A stretch of 63,128 nucleotides of DNA, filler included, from Vezdaea acicularis (GCA_026025075.1; 5 parts of 5 records of this genome joined end to end with filler, not necessarily neighbours in it), one strand, 5' to 3'. Positions 37,877-49,962 are shown, numbered from the whole stretch's first letter. Notes: a model not told the origin generated them from the sequence alone. A program made the numbers and translations.

Positions 37877-39016
37877 CTATATCATCATGCCATACATGCC
37901 CTCCGTGACATCAAAGCCATACTGCTCCCTTTGAAGGGACATGGCGCTCTTCTCCATGAAATCCACAATAACCTCCACACCTCGAAACAGGACTTTGTCA
38001 CCAGCACGCCTTCCCATTCCAGAGATGCCCTCCATTAGCCGGGTAGCGCAGTCATACAGTTTTTCCTGTGTGGCGTGTAACCTGGACAGTAGGGACAATG
38101 TCGAAGTACTTAAAGGCTCATAGGAAGGGAAGGATGTGGTCTGTCTTGAGCTTACAGATGAGAGATATCGGAGGGCCAGGACGTGTGCGCAGAGCATAGA
38201 CAGCATGAAGTCAGTGCTATCCGGGAATGTGGCACGCAAAGGTAGAAGATAGTCACTATCTTGAGTTGAGTTGTTGCCGGGCCAGATACGCTGGGTGTTG
38301 GAAATTGATGTGCTCTCCTGGATATCAGGTATTCTTCGTGAGGAAGAGTGGCTTGGAGGTGTCTGTAGTATTGGCAGAGAGGTATAGTCTTTGTTTAAAG
38401 GCCTATCAGAATGAGATCTCCTAGTAGCTGTAGTAGCGTTGTCAATTGCCGAGGCCCTAATCATGGCGATGACAGACGAGTCCAGCTGCAATGCCGTGGA
38501 AGGAAAGCCGGCTACAGAAATCTCCAACTGCGCTAGAATGGCTGCGAAATCTTTGTCTAGGGTCTTGCTCTCAGGTCGTACGTGCTCCGGACTTGACGGA
38601 GGAGTTGTTATTTGGACGTTATTTAGTAGATACAAGGCTTTCGAGTTTACATGATTGACAGAACTTGGAAGAACCGTGCTGCTATCTGGAGATCTAGGCG
38701 GGGTGAGAAGGTTACAAAGAGGTCCTCCACTAGGCAGGGTCTGTACGCTCCTGTTGGAGGCGTCATCGTTGAACACCACACCAGTCTTCGTCGAAGACCG
38801 AGAGCTATGCAGATTGTCCGAGACCAAAGGGTCCAAGGTCCCCTTATTCCCCGACGGCTGGCACCAAATTAGCTCCAGCCTATCATCCTTAATAGGTACG
38901 AACAAGTACCAGATTCAAGCTTCGAAATGTGACTTACATATTGTGAGCGAGAGGTTTTTGTAAGGTATACAACCTCTGGCTTTTTGCGCACGACCACTTC
39001 TGCCAAACAATACTCG
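37877..39016 (-). CDS. Hypothetical protein, probably 5'-truncated by the spacer
   Basis: 342-aa ORF with LTPPRSP and TPPSSP motifs and a helical C-terminus; no family recognised. Confidence 0.6.
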
Positions 39017-39116
39017 NNNNNNNNNNNNNNNNNNNNNNNNNNNNNNNNNNNNNNNNNNNNTTAATTAATTAANNNNNNNNNNNNNNNNNNNNNNNNNNNN
39101 NNNNNNNNNNNNNNNN
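39017..39116. other. Artificial contig spacer
   Basis: Identical linker. Confidence 0.98.
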
Positions 39117-40046
39117 CGTATCCAAATGAAAGATTTGCACACCAGAAGGTAGTTCAAGCAAGCTCAGTAGAGCTATCATAACCCCTCCACTCAACCATCG
39201 GCGGGAACCCAGACACTTATAAGCATCTTTATCCAGAGTTACTCTCAAGGAACCCCGAGCATAGCGACGTGCCCCTTGAGGAATCTTGGCCAGTATCTTC
39301 TTGGTTGCTTCCTTGTAACTTTCGCTAGGGCGTTCAATGTCCGTGAGCTGGTCTTGTTCTAGGTTGAATCGACTCCACGTTCGTCTGGCTCGAGGGGCAG
39401 CTTTTGGCTTGGCCTGGCGTGCTTCCTCGGGAAGAGCCCCCTTTTCCTCTTTCCTTTCCCCATTGTCTTCCTCTCCCTCTTCTTCGGAACCATCAGAATT
39501 CGTCGAAATGTGAGCAGGTGCCGAGGGAGCTTTCATCGGTGTCTTTGAACGTGGGGCAATAGCTCTTGGCTTTGCCAAGGAGGGTCGAGGAGCGGGAAGA
39601 TGTTCATTTGCCAAAGCAGGCAGGACGGTCGAAGGTGGCGCTGAGAGGGTTTCTTCCTGTGGCAACAAAGGTGGATCGGTCTAAAGGAAGTTAGCTGAGA
39701 CGGTCAAAGATCGGGTAGAGGAAGCTTTTACCTCGACCAAGGAAAGTCTTTCTGTCTGAAGAGACTCGATCGGGGAACCAGAAGAGGCAGGCAAAGCGGC
39801 TGGAGATGATGGTGTAGACTCAACTGGCTTCGATGGTCCTGGGCCGTGTTTGGCAATATAGAGTTCGAGGGGCTTGATGAGATCCTGCGCCTCTGCCTGA
39901 AGTTCCGGGTGTGCTTTTTGCAAAAGCTCCAGCCAGGCTCGGTATTTGTTCGCAGTGCCTGCTAGAGTAGCTGAATTATTCTCAGCGTTCTCAGGGTCAG
40001 GCCAAACCCACGCTGCCAATTTCACTATCTGGGCGGACTTCACCAT
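39117..40046 (-). CDS. Ulp1/C48-like protease gene, copy A (N-terminal part; truncated by the spacer)
   Basis: Paralogous to the gene at 47719: MVKSAQIVKL.., 51-nt intron 39681-39731, DAYKCLGSRRWLSGGVMIALLSLL. Confidence 0.75.
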
Positions 40047-40859
40047 CTTGGACACTGAAGACCAACGAGACAAGGAGACAGAAAAGCTGTACTTTTCTAG
40101 ACGAGAGAAGAGAGAGATAGCGAGAGACTGAGTAGCGTAGATACTGCTGCTGCTTAGGATCTGGTTATGCTCTCGACAGAAAAAAAAAATTTGAAAGTTC
40201 GTGGGGATCGTCACGCGTCCCTGAAAATATTTTGGGTGGGGGGGGAAAGGGGTTAGGGTTAGGGCGAGACAGCTTGCCTATTGGCCCACTTAGCGAATTC
40301 ACCTATGTTTGCTAAGCTGCGCTACCAGAGGTTTGAAGCGGTTGATGCTGCGTAAGACGCGGTTTCCCCATAATAAAACGCTACCATGGTATCCGCGGTA
40401 GATATTTAGTATGGGCTATGCGGTGCTAGCTGTTTAGCACAATATAGTTGATGCTATTTTGAAACTGCCTCCCAAAGTCCGTAGTAGCCCTTCCGTCATG
40501 TCTTAGCAATGATCCCAGCCAGATCGTTTAAGGGGGTAATCCATTAGCGTTGAGTAGTCCAATTTGATTTTGATCCGCCTTGAATACCTACCGTAGTAGA
40601 CGTACAGACTAATTACGGCCCCAGCGGGCCGCGGGCATAGCTTAGAGCAAGCTATTCCAAAGAGCGTAAAGTCACCATACCATCGGATGGCTAGGGATTC
40701 TAGAACTGCTAAAGAGTGATTCGTCCGTCATTGCCAAGAAAACCGCACCCCGTACGGGCCAAAGATGCAAGTTTCGCTGGGGAAGCAAAGTACTCCTCCA
40801 CACAAATTTGGTGGGCAGATACTTCGCTAAGCCTTTGGTGTGCGCATCACGTTATGAGC

Positions 40860-40961
40860 TTGGATGGTGCTCTAATCGCAACGCAAAAAGTCATCATCAC
40901 GTGAAGATTATAGAAATCACGTGATGATGACTTTTTGCGTCGCGATTAGAGCACCATCCAA
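40860..40961. repeat. Inverted repeat, 45-bp arms (1 mismatch), 12-nt spacer
   Basis: TTGGATGGTGCTCTAATCGCAACGCAAAAAGTCATCATCACGTGA and its reverse complement. Confidence 0.95.
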
Positions 40962-41559
40962 AATTATGACCAACGGTTATAACATGTGATGAAATCACGT
41001 GATTGTCCTTTTCGCTCAATGGAGAAAGCATGACTGGAGCGGTTGGCCTAAGTTAAATATCATCGACGGGTATTGAGATGGTGCCCTGTGCCTGGAAATT
41101 GCGATTTGTATGGACTGTCGTTGCTCAGCCATGCCTCTTCCATCTGGTTGTGTGAGATTGAAGGCCAGCGCAACACATCCGACTTTGAAAGCGACAGAGC
41201 GTCAGCCAGTTTCACGATACTTAGATGGGTATAGAACTTACCCACAGATGGGTATCCCTTTCATCTTACCCAGTATCACTTCTCTCCTGACATTAGTAAC
41301 TTACATAGCAGTGTCGCATACCTATAATTGCTGTGGGTTCCTATATTAGTATACCTTGCGTGACTATCCTCTCTTTATTTTCACCTTAATACTTCCTTCT
41401 TACCATGGAAACATACCTTGGACGGCACAGGGCCTTGAACCAAGTAGACAAACCGGTGAGTACCTACTATCGTCCCAATCAAACTATCTATAGCTTCGAC
41501 TTGAGAACATAATGTTAGCACAACATCCGCAAGTATCTTCGTTCTTTCTGTCTCCTGTT

Positions 41560-42210
41560 CAACGCACGGAATGACTTGGAAGAGGGCTGCAATCCGGAGG
41601 GAGCAAAGTGAGGTGACAGCCGGGGCGACGTACAAAACGAAAGGTGAGATGAGGTGTACAGAGCAAAGTAAGTTGAGAGACATAGCGACCGGCAAGACAA
41701 GAAGTGAGATAAAGCATACATAGCAAAGTGAAATGAGGGAAGGGGCGACGCGCAAGACGAGAGGTGATACGGGGCGACAGGCAAGACAAGAGGTTAGACA
41801 AGGGGCGACGGGCAAGGCGAGAGGTAAGAAGAGGCGACGGGCAAGACAAGAGGTTAGACAAGGGGCGATGGGCAAGGCGAGAGGTAAGAAGAGGCAACGG
41901 GCAAGGCGAGAGGTGAGAAGAGACGACCGGCAAGACGGGATATAGGGTAAGGAGCAGTGGACAAGACCAGAGGTGAGCCGGGGCGACGTGCAAGCCGAGA
42001 GTTGAGGCCAGACGACCGGCAAGACGGGATATAGGGTAAGGAGCAGTGGACAAGTCAAGAGTACAACAAGGAGCAATGGATAAGACGAGAGGTGAGACGG
42101 GGCGACCAGCAATTCAAGAATTGAGACCAGACGACCGGCAAGACAAGAGTAGGACGAAGGGCGATGGGCAAGACGAGAGGTGAGATCACGCGTATGGAGC
42201 AAAGTGAGCC
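41560..42210. repeat. Purine-rich minisatellite, ~29-31 bp unit (GGGCAAGACGAGAGGTGAGACGGGGCGAC-like)
   Basis: Repeated GGCAAGAC(G/A)AGAGGT cores; the paralogous array is at ~49440-49840. Confidence 0.85.
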
Positions 42211-42287
42211 CATATCTTTTGTCACATCGCTGCCGCCGACGCCTTTCGGCCTGAAGTGAGATGAGAATAACTCAATTGAAATTTGGT

Positions 42288-42331
42288 AAAAACCGTGCGA
42301 GAGGCCCTATAGGGACTCTCGCACGGTTTTT
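42288..42331. repeat. 44-bp loop-less palindrome
   Basis: AAAAACCGTGCGAGAG-G-CCCTATAGGG-A-CTCTCGCACGGTTTTT. Confidence 0.95.
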
Positions 42332-43399
42332 GACATCTCGTTAAATGAACCAATCATCTTTAGGGAAAGATGATCACAATGAGATGGAGAAAATCCGTCA
42401 GGACTGCGACGCAATGGAAGAATAGTATTAGAAGTATCCTACGATCGGGAAGACTCCCTCTGTTGTGGACATCCATTCCGAACGGGATTTTGATCTGGTT
42501 TGTGGTTGAAATAAGTGAATGAAAGAAGTGGTGAGCGAAGCTCCCCAAGCCAAGATCTGAAGGCGGCCGCAACGTGGATCAAAGGACAGAGTCATATCCA
42601 TGGCACGAACCAGTTGCTCCGTCCGGAAGGAAATCGGACATTCCAGCTTGCGAGGGCGTGATCGGCCGGAAGGAAGGCGCCAAAAAGTGATGACGGTTAG
42701 ACGGCTGTTCAATCCTGCCCAGTGACAACTCTGGCATTCTTTAGGAGGCGGATCTTCAGCAAATTCTTATCCGACAAGATTCCACACCGATACTCAGCTC
42801 AGCCCTGCTCTAGAGGTGATTAAAGACGTCGTGGGCAACGGATAAGGTCCGGTTCGGTCTGGCAACTGTTAAAACCGCTGCCTTATCATAGAATCAATTC
42901 GGAAGGAATACTTACCTGATAATCGGTGTGTCCGGCTACTGCAGGGGCGTTTGATGCCGGTGGATGTTCGTCCGATCAATGGGAGTAAAAGTGAATGATG
43001 ATGCGTTTGAGTAGGGTAATAGAAGTGAGGCAAAGATTTTTGGAGACATCGCTACAATAGCAATCCGGTCCCCGTTTAAACTGTCGACAAACCCCACCCC
43101 CTCTTTTAATCACTATTACTACAATGATAAGGCGCAGTGCCAAAGGAGGAGTTCATAAAGCGCATTTATTGACGTATTATTCAGTGCATAAAATAGAGAG
43201 TGAATATCGAGCCAAATTCCAAATTCGCGAAAAAGTATTTTTATATACTAATTTCTATGCAAAGTAACTTATACTCAAAATTTCTATTTAAATTTCCAAG
43301 CCATACGTCGTCCAATTAGACTCTCCGACGGCAAGAACTTCCCCTTCCTCCTGCTCCCCCCAGTCCTCTTTATCAAGGACAACATGAGCAAGCCCGACT

Positions 43400-46300
43400 T
43401 CAACGATTCTTCTCCGGAGTGACGAGCTGAGCAATCTCTTGTTGCTTTGCCATGGTGCTCGTTTCATTTTCCAGCGTGCCTGAGAACAGTGCAGATATGA
43501 TCTCGGTCATCTTGGCTGTAAGGCACTCCATGTCGATGTCCGTGTGCTTGCTTATGATGTAGTCCGGAAACGAATTGCGAACGTCATACCTGTGGGCATG
43601 ATCTTCAAATCTGCGGACCATTAGCTGCTGGAAAGCGCAAAGTTTTGGATCAACGTGAACGCGGTCGACTCACTGTGCTCTAGTTACACTGAGGTCTACC
43701 AAAGCTAGGAAAGGGTAGCCAAAGCGTTCTGCAAGTCCCAACCAGATGCTCCCCCGATACAACATCTTTTGGATCACCTTGAAGTTGGCAAAAACCGTCT
43801 CTTTCAGCAGAGCATCATTGACCAGTGTAGCGAGCTTCACACCTGGGACACGGTGTTGGCTGTAATAATCTTCGAGCACCTTTTTCCGCCGCTCAAATTG
43901 TCTGACAAAGATGGCCAGATGGTACCGACGGAGAAGTTCTGCCTTGAGTGATTGACCAATATCCTGATAGACACGCTGAGATGCCTCCTTGAGCGTGGCG
44001 GCGGTAACAGCAATCGGGTTTAAGGATCCTATCTGAAGAAGCGATAGTGGATTCTGGGAAGACTCAGGTTTGTCGCCAGACATCCGGGACTTGAATTGCC
44101 ACACCAAGAGGTCACGAAGGCTGCAACATGCTTTTGCCGTCAAAACATGCTGATCCATAGCCCTGAAGATTGCTTCACGTTCAACAGGGTCAACTTTGGA
44201 GAGGTCGGACTCAATGGTGCGGCTGGTGGAGGGTGGGAGGGGTGGGACTGGTGCTGGACGTTGGATGTACTTCATGGCAGCATGGCGACGAAAGCCTGAA
44301 GAAGACGCTTTGCTCTGAACAGGATCAACGGTAGGACGAGTGGGAGGTAGGGGAGACGACTGGTTGATTGACATGAACCCTCGGGTGGTTGCTCTTGGGG
44401 GCGTCTGGTCGGTCGTTGTAGGCACCGAAGCCGTCGTTGGTCCTGGAGTTGCGGTAGAAGACTGTTTTCTTCTTTTAGAAACCGTTTCGACCTCCATCGC
44501 ATCTTCATCCGAACGTGTCGCCTCCGATCTCTTGACCCCTCTGCCCTTTCTTGCTAATCCCATTACCAACCGATCTTTTCTTCCCTTTACGGTCATTGGA
44601 GAGGGCGAAGTTGGAGATGCCGGGAAAACTGGCACCTTGGGACCCTTGTCCATTGGTTTAGAGATGTCCAATGGTTCATCCATGTCCATCACATCTCCAA
44701 TGAGAAGATCGGTTTCCGCAGGGCTTTGGTTGTCTTCCTCCAAGGTCTTCTTGCCCTTCCCTTTGGCATAGTTCCCCTTGCCCTTGGTTGACGTCGGGTA
44801 GTTGGTCAGGCTTAGGGTGTCAATTGGACACAAGAGAGGAGAGTTTGAGGGCGGGGATACTGGATCATGAGTTGTGACATACTCACTGATTTGACGCGCA
44901 AATAACCATCGTTGCCTCTCGGGATCAAGTTCATCGTCCGAAGAGGGAACCAGTCCGTCCACAAGGCGAGTGATGTTAAACAAGGTATATATCCCACCAC
45001 TATTCAAGTCGCCCTCAGGCTGTTTTGCGCAACCTCTGCTCGTCATTGTCCATTCCCCTGAAAGTTCGTCGGACATAGCCCCGGTGCTTCGAAGACTTCT
45101 TTCAATCAATTCGCAGTAGAAATCCATTACATCCTCATCGAGGAGCTTTCCAAGGGAACAGTACCAATCCGCAAAGAAAGGCCCTTTCTTAGCCCTTATG
45201 TTGATTCTGATGGTCACCCAATGGTCGTCCGAACAATGGGCGATGCATACGTGCGTGACCTTTTCATCAATATGGATGGTTTTCGGTCTATCTCCAACAA
45301 GTAGCCCTCTCTTGAGATCTGTTCCCGTATCAACATGCAAGACCTGCATGTGAGGGGGTGGGTCAAGTAAGCTCAGGAGAGCAATTGCAACCCCTCTATT
45401 CAGCCGTCCAGGGGAAGCCAGACACTCATAAGCGTCTTTTGCCAGAGTTACACTCAGAGAACCCCGAGCATAGTTATATGCTCCCAAATGAATCTCGGCC
45501 AGGATTTTCTTGACCGCTTGACCATACATTCCCTTCGGTTCATCAACTTCTTCGGCCTCGGCCCGCTCTCTATCCAAGAAAACCTTCTCTAGTTTAGCCA
45601 TATGAGCAGCTTTGGCCCTGGCCTTGGCCTTGGCCTGGACTTCGGCCTTGTACTTGGCTACGCGCTGGGCCACGAGAGATCCACCAAGAGGAGAGGATTT
45701 ATTTTCCTTTTTCTCTTCCTCCTTGTCTTCCTCCTTGTCTTCCTCCGTCTCGGAACTGTCGGAGCTGCTCACAGGAGGAGGTACAGAAATGGCTTTCGCT
45801 GATATGTATGGCTTCTCATCATCGGAATCAGGCGTTTTTAGGGACGCGTACATAGTTCCTTTGGCCCTGACCGATCGAGCTCGAGGAGTTCCAACATCTT
45901 TCCTTGCCCAAGCAGGCAAGGCGGTCTTTGGATGGGTCGTGAGAGCTTTTCCCTTGGTTGAGGGAGGTGATTTAGCCGGAAGAGATTTGTTCGCTGGAAC
46001 GGGCAGGACGGTGGAAGGTAGGGCAGGGAGTGCTCTTGTCTGGGGCACAGAAGATAGACCGATCTGAAGGAAGTCAGTTGAGACGGTCAAAGTTCGGGTT
46101 GAAGAAGCACTTACCTTGGCAAAGTGAAGTCGTTCACTCAGAAGAGATTCAACTGGAGGCGCTGGGGAAACTGGCACCTTGGAATTCTCGTCCGCCGGTT
46201 TGGAGATATCCAACGATTTATCGATATTCATTGCATCTCCCATGGGAAGATCAGTGTCGGGGGCGTTGGTTAGGCTTGAGGGATCGACAGAATACAAGAG

Positions 46301-47719
46301 AGGAGAACCAGAAGGCATTGGTACCGCATCGTGAGCTCGGATATACTCGTTGATTCGACAAGCAAAACCCAATCGTAGCTTTCCAGGATCGACTCGATCC
46401 TCTAAGGAAAGGGTACAGCCGTTCACAAGGCGACTAATGTTGTACAAGACAAAAATCCCACAATTGCTGGAATCGCCCTTGGGCTGTTTTGCACAATCTC
46501 TATCCACGATATGCCATTCGACTGAACCTTTGTTGGGTAGAGCAGCGGTCTGTTGAAGACTTTGCTCAACCAATTTGCAGTAAAAATCCACTACGTTGTA
46601 ACGGTAGGGCTGCCCAAGGGAACAGTACCAATCTGCGAGCCAATAACGCCCTTCGCTGTTGCCGATCCGGATTTCGATGGTCACCCAATGATTGTGGGAA
46701 CAATGGGCAAAGATAAGCTTCCGGGTCTCAGGACCAATACAGATGGTTTCCGGTCTGCCTTCAACAAGACGCTCTGTTTTAGGATCCGTTACCGTATCAA
46801 CGTAGAAGACCTGCACGTCAGGAGGTGGGAAGAGTAGGCTCAGTAGAGCAATCATAACCCCTCCACTCAACCATCGACGGGAACCCAGACACTCATATGC
46901 ATCTTTATCGAGAGTTACCTTCAAAGAATCCTGAGCAAAGCAACGTGCTCCTGGAGGAATCTTGGCTAGTACACTCTCGACCGTTTCCCCATTCCTTCCC
47001 TCAGTATCCTCAGCTTCTGCGATCTTGTCCTGCTCTTCGTCAAATTGACTCCTCTTCAGAGGAGCCCGAGGAGCAGCTTTCAAGTCGGCCTTGGCCAGAA
47101 GTGTTCCACCGAGGGAGGACTTGTCTTCCTTCTTGTATTCCTCCTTCTCTTCATCTTCCTTATTTTCGGAGCTGTTGAAGCCGGTCGGATTGTCGGAAGG
47201 TGCCGAGATGGCTTTCGTTTCTGTCTCTGGACCAGTGATGTTAGCTTTTTCTTTGGCCAGCTGAGTTGGAATGGTTGGAAAAGATTTGTTTGTCGAAGCA
47301 GGCAGGACGGTCGAAGGTGGCGTAGAGAGTGTTTCTTCCTGTGGCAACAAAGGTAGATCAGTCTAAAGAGAGTCAGCTCGGACGGTCCAAGATCGGGTAG
47401 ACGAAGCCCTTACCTCAGCGGAGAGAAGTCGTTCAGTCTGAAGTAACTTAATTGGAGAAGTAGAGGAGGCAGGTAGAACAGTCGAAGGTGGAGTCGTATC
47501 CTCGGCTGGCTTTGACGGTCCTGGGATAGTTCCGGGAACCAAGCATTGGATCTGCTTGATCAAATCCTTTGTAGTTGCCCGATCTTCCGGGTGAGATTCT
47601 TCAAAATCTTTCAGCCAGCTCTGCATCCTGCCCACAGCCCCTGATAGAGTAGTACCAGGGCTCCGTGGGTGAGGCATAACCCAGAATGGCAATTTCACCA
47701 TCTGCGTAGACTGCTCCAT
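43400..47719 (-). CDS. Large protein with two tandem Ulp1/C48-like cysteine-protease domains (copy B, complete)
   Basis: Domain 1: CLGSRRWLSGGVM..HNHWVTI..WYCSLG..AKQPKGDSSNCGIFV. Domain 2 has the same layout with NSGGIY. Introns 47363-47413, 46064-46114 and 43611-43673. Confidence 0.8.
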
Positions 47720-48517
47720 CTTGAAAAACGAGGACCAAGAGGACAAGGAGATAGAAAAGTAAAGCTTTTCTAGATAAAAGAAGAGAGAAACAACAAGAGA
47801 TTGAGCGGAGAAGACACTTTCGCTGCTCGGGACTTCGTGATGCTCTCGACGGAGAAGAAAAATGAAAGTTCGTTGTGGTATCGTCACGTGTCCCTGGATA
47901 TATTCTTGGTGGGAGGAAAGGGGGGAGGGGGATGCCAGCTCGCCTATTGGCGCACTTAGCGAAATCACCTATATTCGCTAAGCTGAAGCTTCGAAGTAGT
48001 TTACCAAAATCAATGCCGCATCAGGGAGGGTTTCCCCATGACAGAATACTACCGTGGTATCCGGATATGAAAGGATAACTATGCGGTGCTAGCTATTTAG
48101 CTTAATATAGTTGATGCTATTTCGAAATTGCCTTCCAAAGTCTGTGGTAGCCTATCCGTTATGTCTTCGCAATGGTCCAGCCAGATTGTTGAAAGGGGTA
48201 ATCGATTAGCGTTGAGTAGTCAAATTTGATTCTGATCCACCTTCAATACTTACCGTAGTACACACTTGAAGGCAAATTACGGCCTTGCCGGGCCGCGGGA
48301 GTAGCCCAGAAGATGTTATTCCAAAGAGAGTAAAGTCGCTGTACTATCCGATGGCTAAGGATCTTAGAACTGCTAAGAGCAACGCGTCCTGATACGTAAA
48401 CATGTTCACCGTTTACTTAGGCGCCATCCATTTGGTCGACCGCTCGCAATAGATGCCGCTACGCCCCCATCGCATCTGCTAAGCAGGAATAGCTATGTGA
48501 AAACTGGAATTCACGTG

Positions 48518-48847
48518 ATGTCGTTTTACGCGGGCCGCGTATTAAGTCATGTGATATCCACATCGGCTCGCTGTCTAGGTTGCAAATGCAACGCAAAGAC
48601 TCACTATCACGTGATTTGTCACTTAATCACGTGATTATTGATTTTTGCGTTGCATATCTTAAATGAGCCTTCATCCAAGTCAGATGATTTCACGCCTGCT
48701 CGTTAAATATATGCAACGCAAAATTGAGATTCACGTGATGAACGGGAGAATCACGTGATGATGAGTTTTCGCGTTGCATTTGCAACCCAGACAGCGAGCC
48801 GATGAGGATATCACATGACTTAATACGCGGCCCGCGTAAAACGACAT
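48518..48847. repeat. Nested foldback (~99-bp outer arms, ~43-bp inner arms), MITE-like
   Basis: ATGTCGTTTTACGCGGGCCGCGTATTAAGTCATGTGATATCC... mirrored at 48749-48847; multiple TCACGTGA. Confidence 0.9.
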
Positions 48848-49439
48848 ATGATCGGGCCGATGGCCAAATCACGTAATCATATAGGGCGACAATAGAGAAG
48901 TCTGTCTGAAGCAGTCAGCCCAAGCCAGGTGTGACCGAAGGGTGTTGGGATGATGCCCTCTCCCTGGAAAGTCGGATGTCTATGACCTGTTGTTGCCCAG
49001 CCATGCCCCTTCCGCCTGGTTATATGAGACCGGAGGCCAGTGCAACTTATCCGACTTTGAAAGCTACAGAGTTTTAGCCTGCTCCACGATACTTAGATAG
49101 ACATAGAACCTACCAACAGATGGGTAAACCCTTTACCACACCCAGTATCGCTTCTCTCCTGACGTTAGTAACTCACCTAAGCTGCGGCGCATGTCCATTA
49201 TGGCTGTGGGTTCCTAAATTAGTATACCTTGCGTGACTATACTTTCTTCATTCCCACTGTAACACTCATTTCTTACAATGGGAACGCAGCTTGAACTGCA
49301 TAGGGCCTTGAACCAAGTGGACGAACCGGTGAGTACCTACTATCGTCCCAATCGAACTATCCATGGCTTTGGCTTTAGAAGATAATCTTTGGACAACATC
49401 TCCAAGTGCCTCCAACCCTTCTGTCTTTCATTCAACACA

Positions 49440-49840
49440 TGGAATGACTTGGAGGAGGGCCGCAATCCCGGGGGAGCAAAGTAAGATGACAGCCGGGGCG
49501 ACGGCTAAGACGAAAGGTGAGATGAGGCATACGAAGCAAAGGAAGCTAATAGACAGGGCGACCGGCAAGACAAGCGGTGAAATGAGGCATCCGCAGCAAA
49601 GTGAGATGGGAGAACGGGCGACAGGCAAGACAAGAGTTGAGACGGAGCAACGGGCAAGACAAGAGGTGAGAACAGGCGATGGGCAAAACAAGAGATAGGA
49701 CGAGAGCCGATGGGCAAGATGAGAGGTAAGACCGGGCGACGAGCAAGACGAGAGGTGAGACGGGGCGACGAGCAAGACGAGAGGTGAGACGGGGCGACGG
49801 GCAAGATGAGAGGTGAGATGAGGCATATGGGAAAAGGTGA
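49440..49840. repeat. Minisatellite, copy B (29-bp unit)
   Basis: GGGCGACGAGCAAGACGAGAGGTGAGACG repeated near 49734-49820, with degenerate copies upstream. Confidence 0.85.
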
Positions 49841-49924
49841 GCCTAAATCTTTTGTCACATCGTTGCCGCGAATGCCTTTTGGTTTGAAGTGAGATGATAA
49901 CAGCTTATTTGAAATTTGGCCCAA

Positions 49925-49962
49925 AACCGTGCGAGAGACCCTATAGGGCCTCTCGCACGGTT
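49925..49962. repeat. Loop-less palindrome, copy B
   Basis: AACCGTGCGAGAG-A-CCCTATAGGG-C-CTCTCGCACGGTT. Confidence 0.93.

Noticed and set aside
41560..42210. CRISPR-like array
   Set aside because: The units are contiguous and degenerate with no unique spacers, there are no cas genes, and the context is eukaryotic.
47363..47365. Programmed stop-codon readthrough joining the 201-aa and 1226-aa ORFs
   Set aside because: The TAG is the acceptor of a canonical 51-nt intron (GTAAGG..GCTGAC..TAG), which is the simpler explanation.
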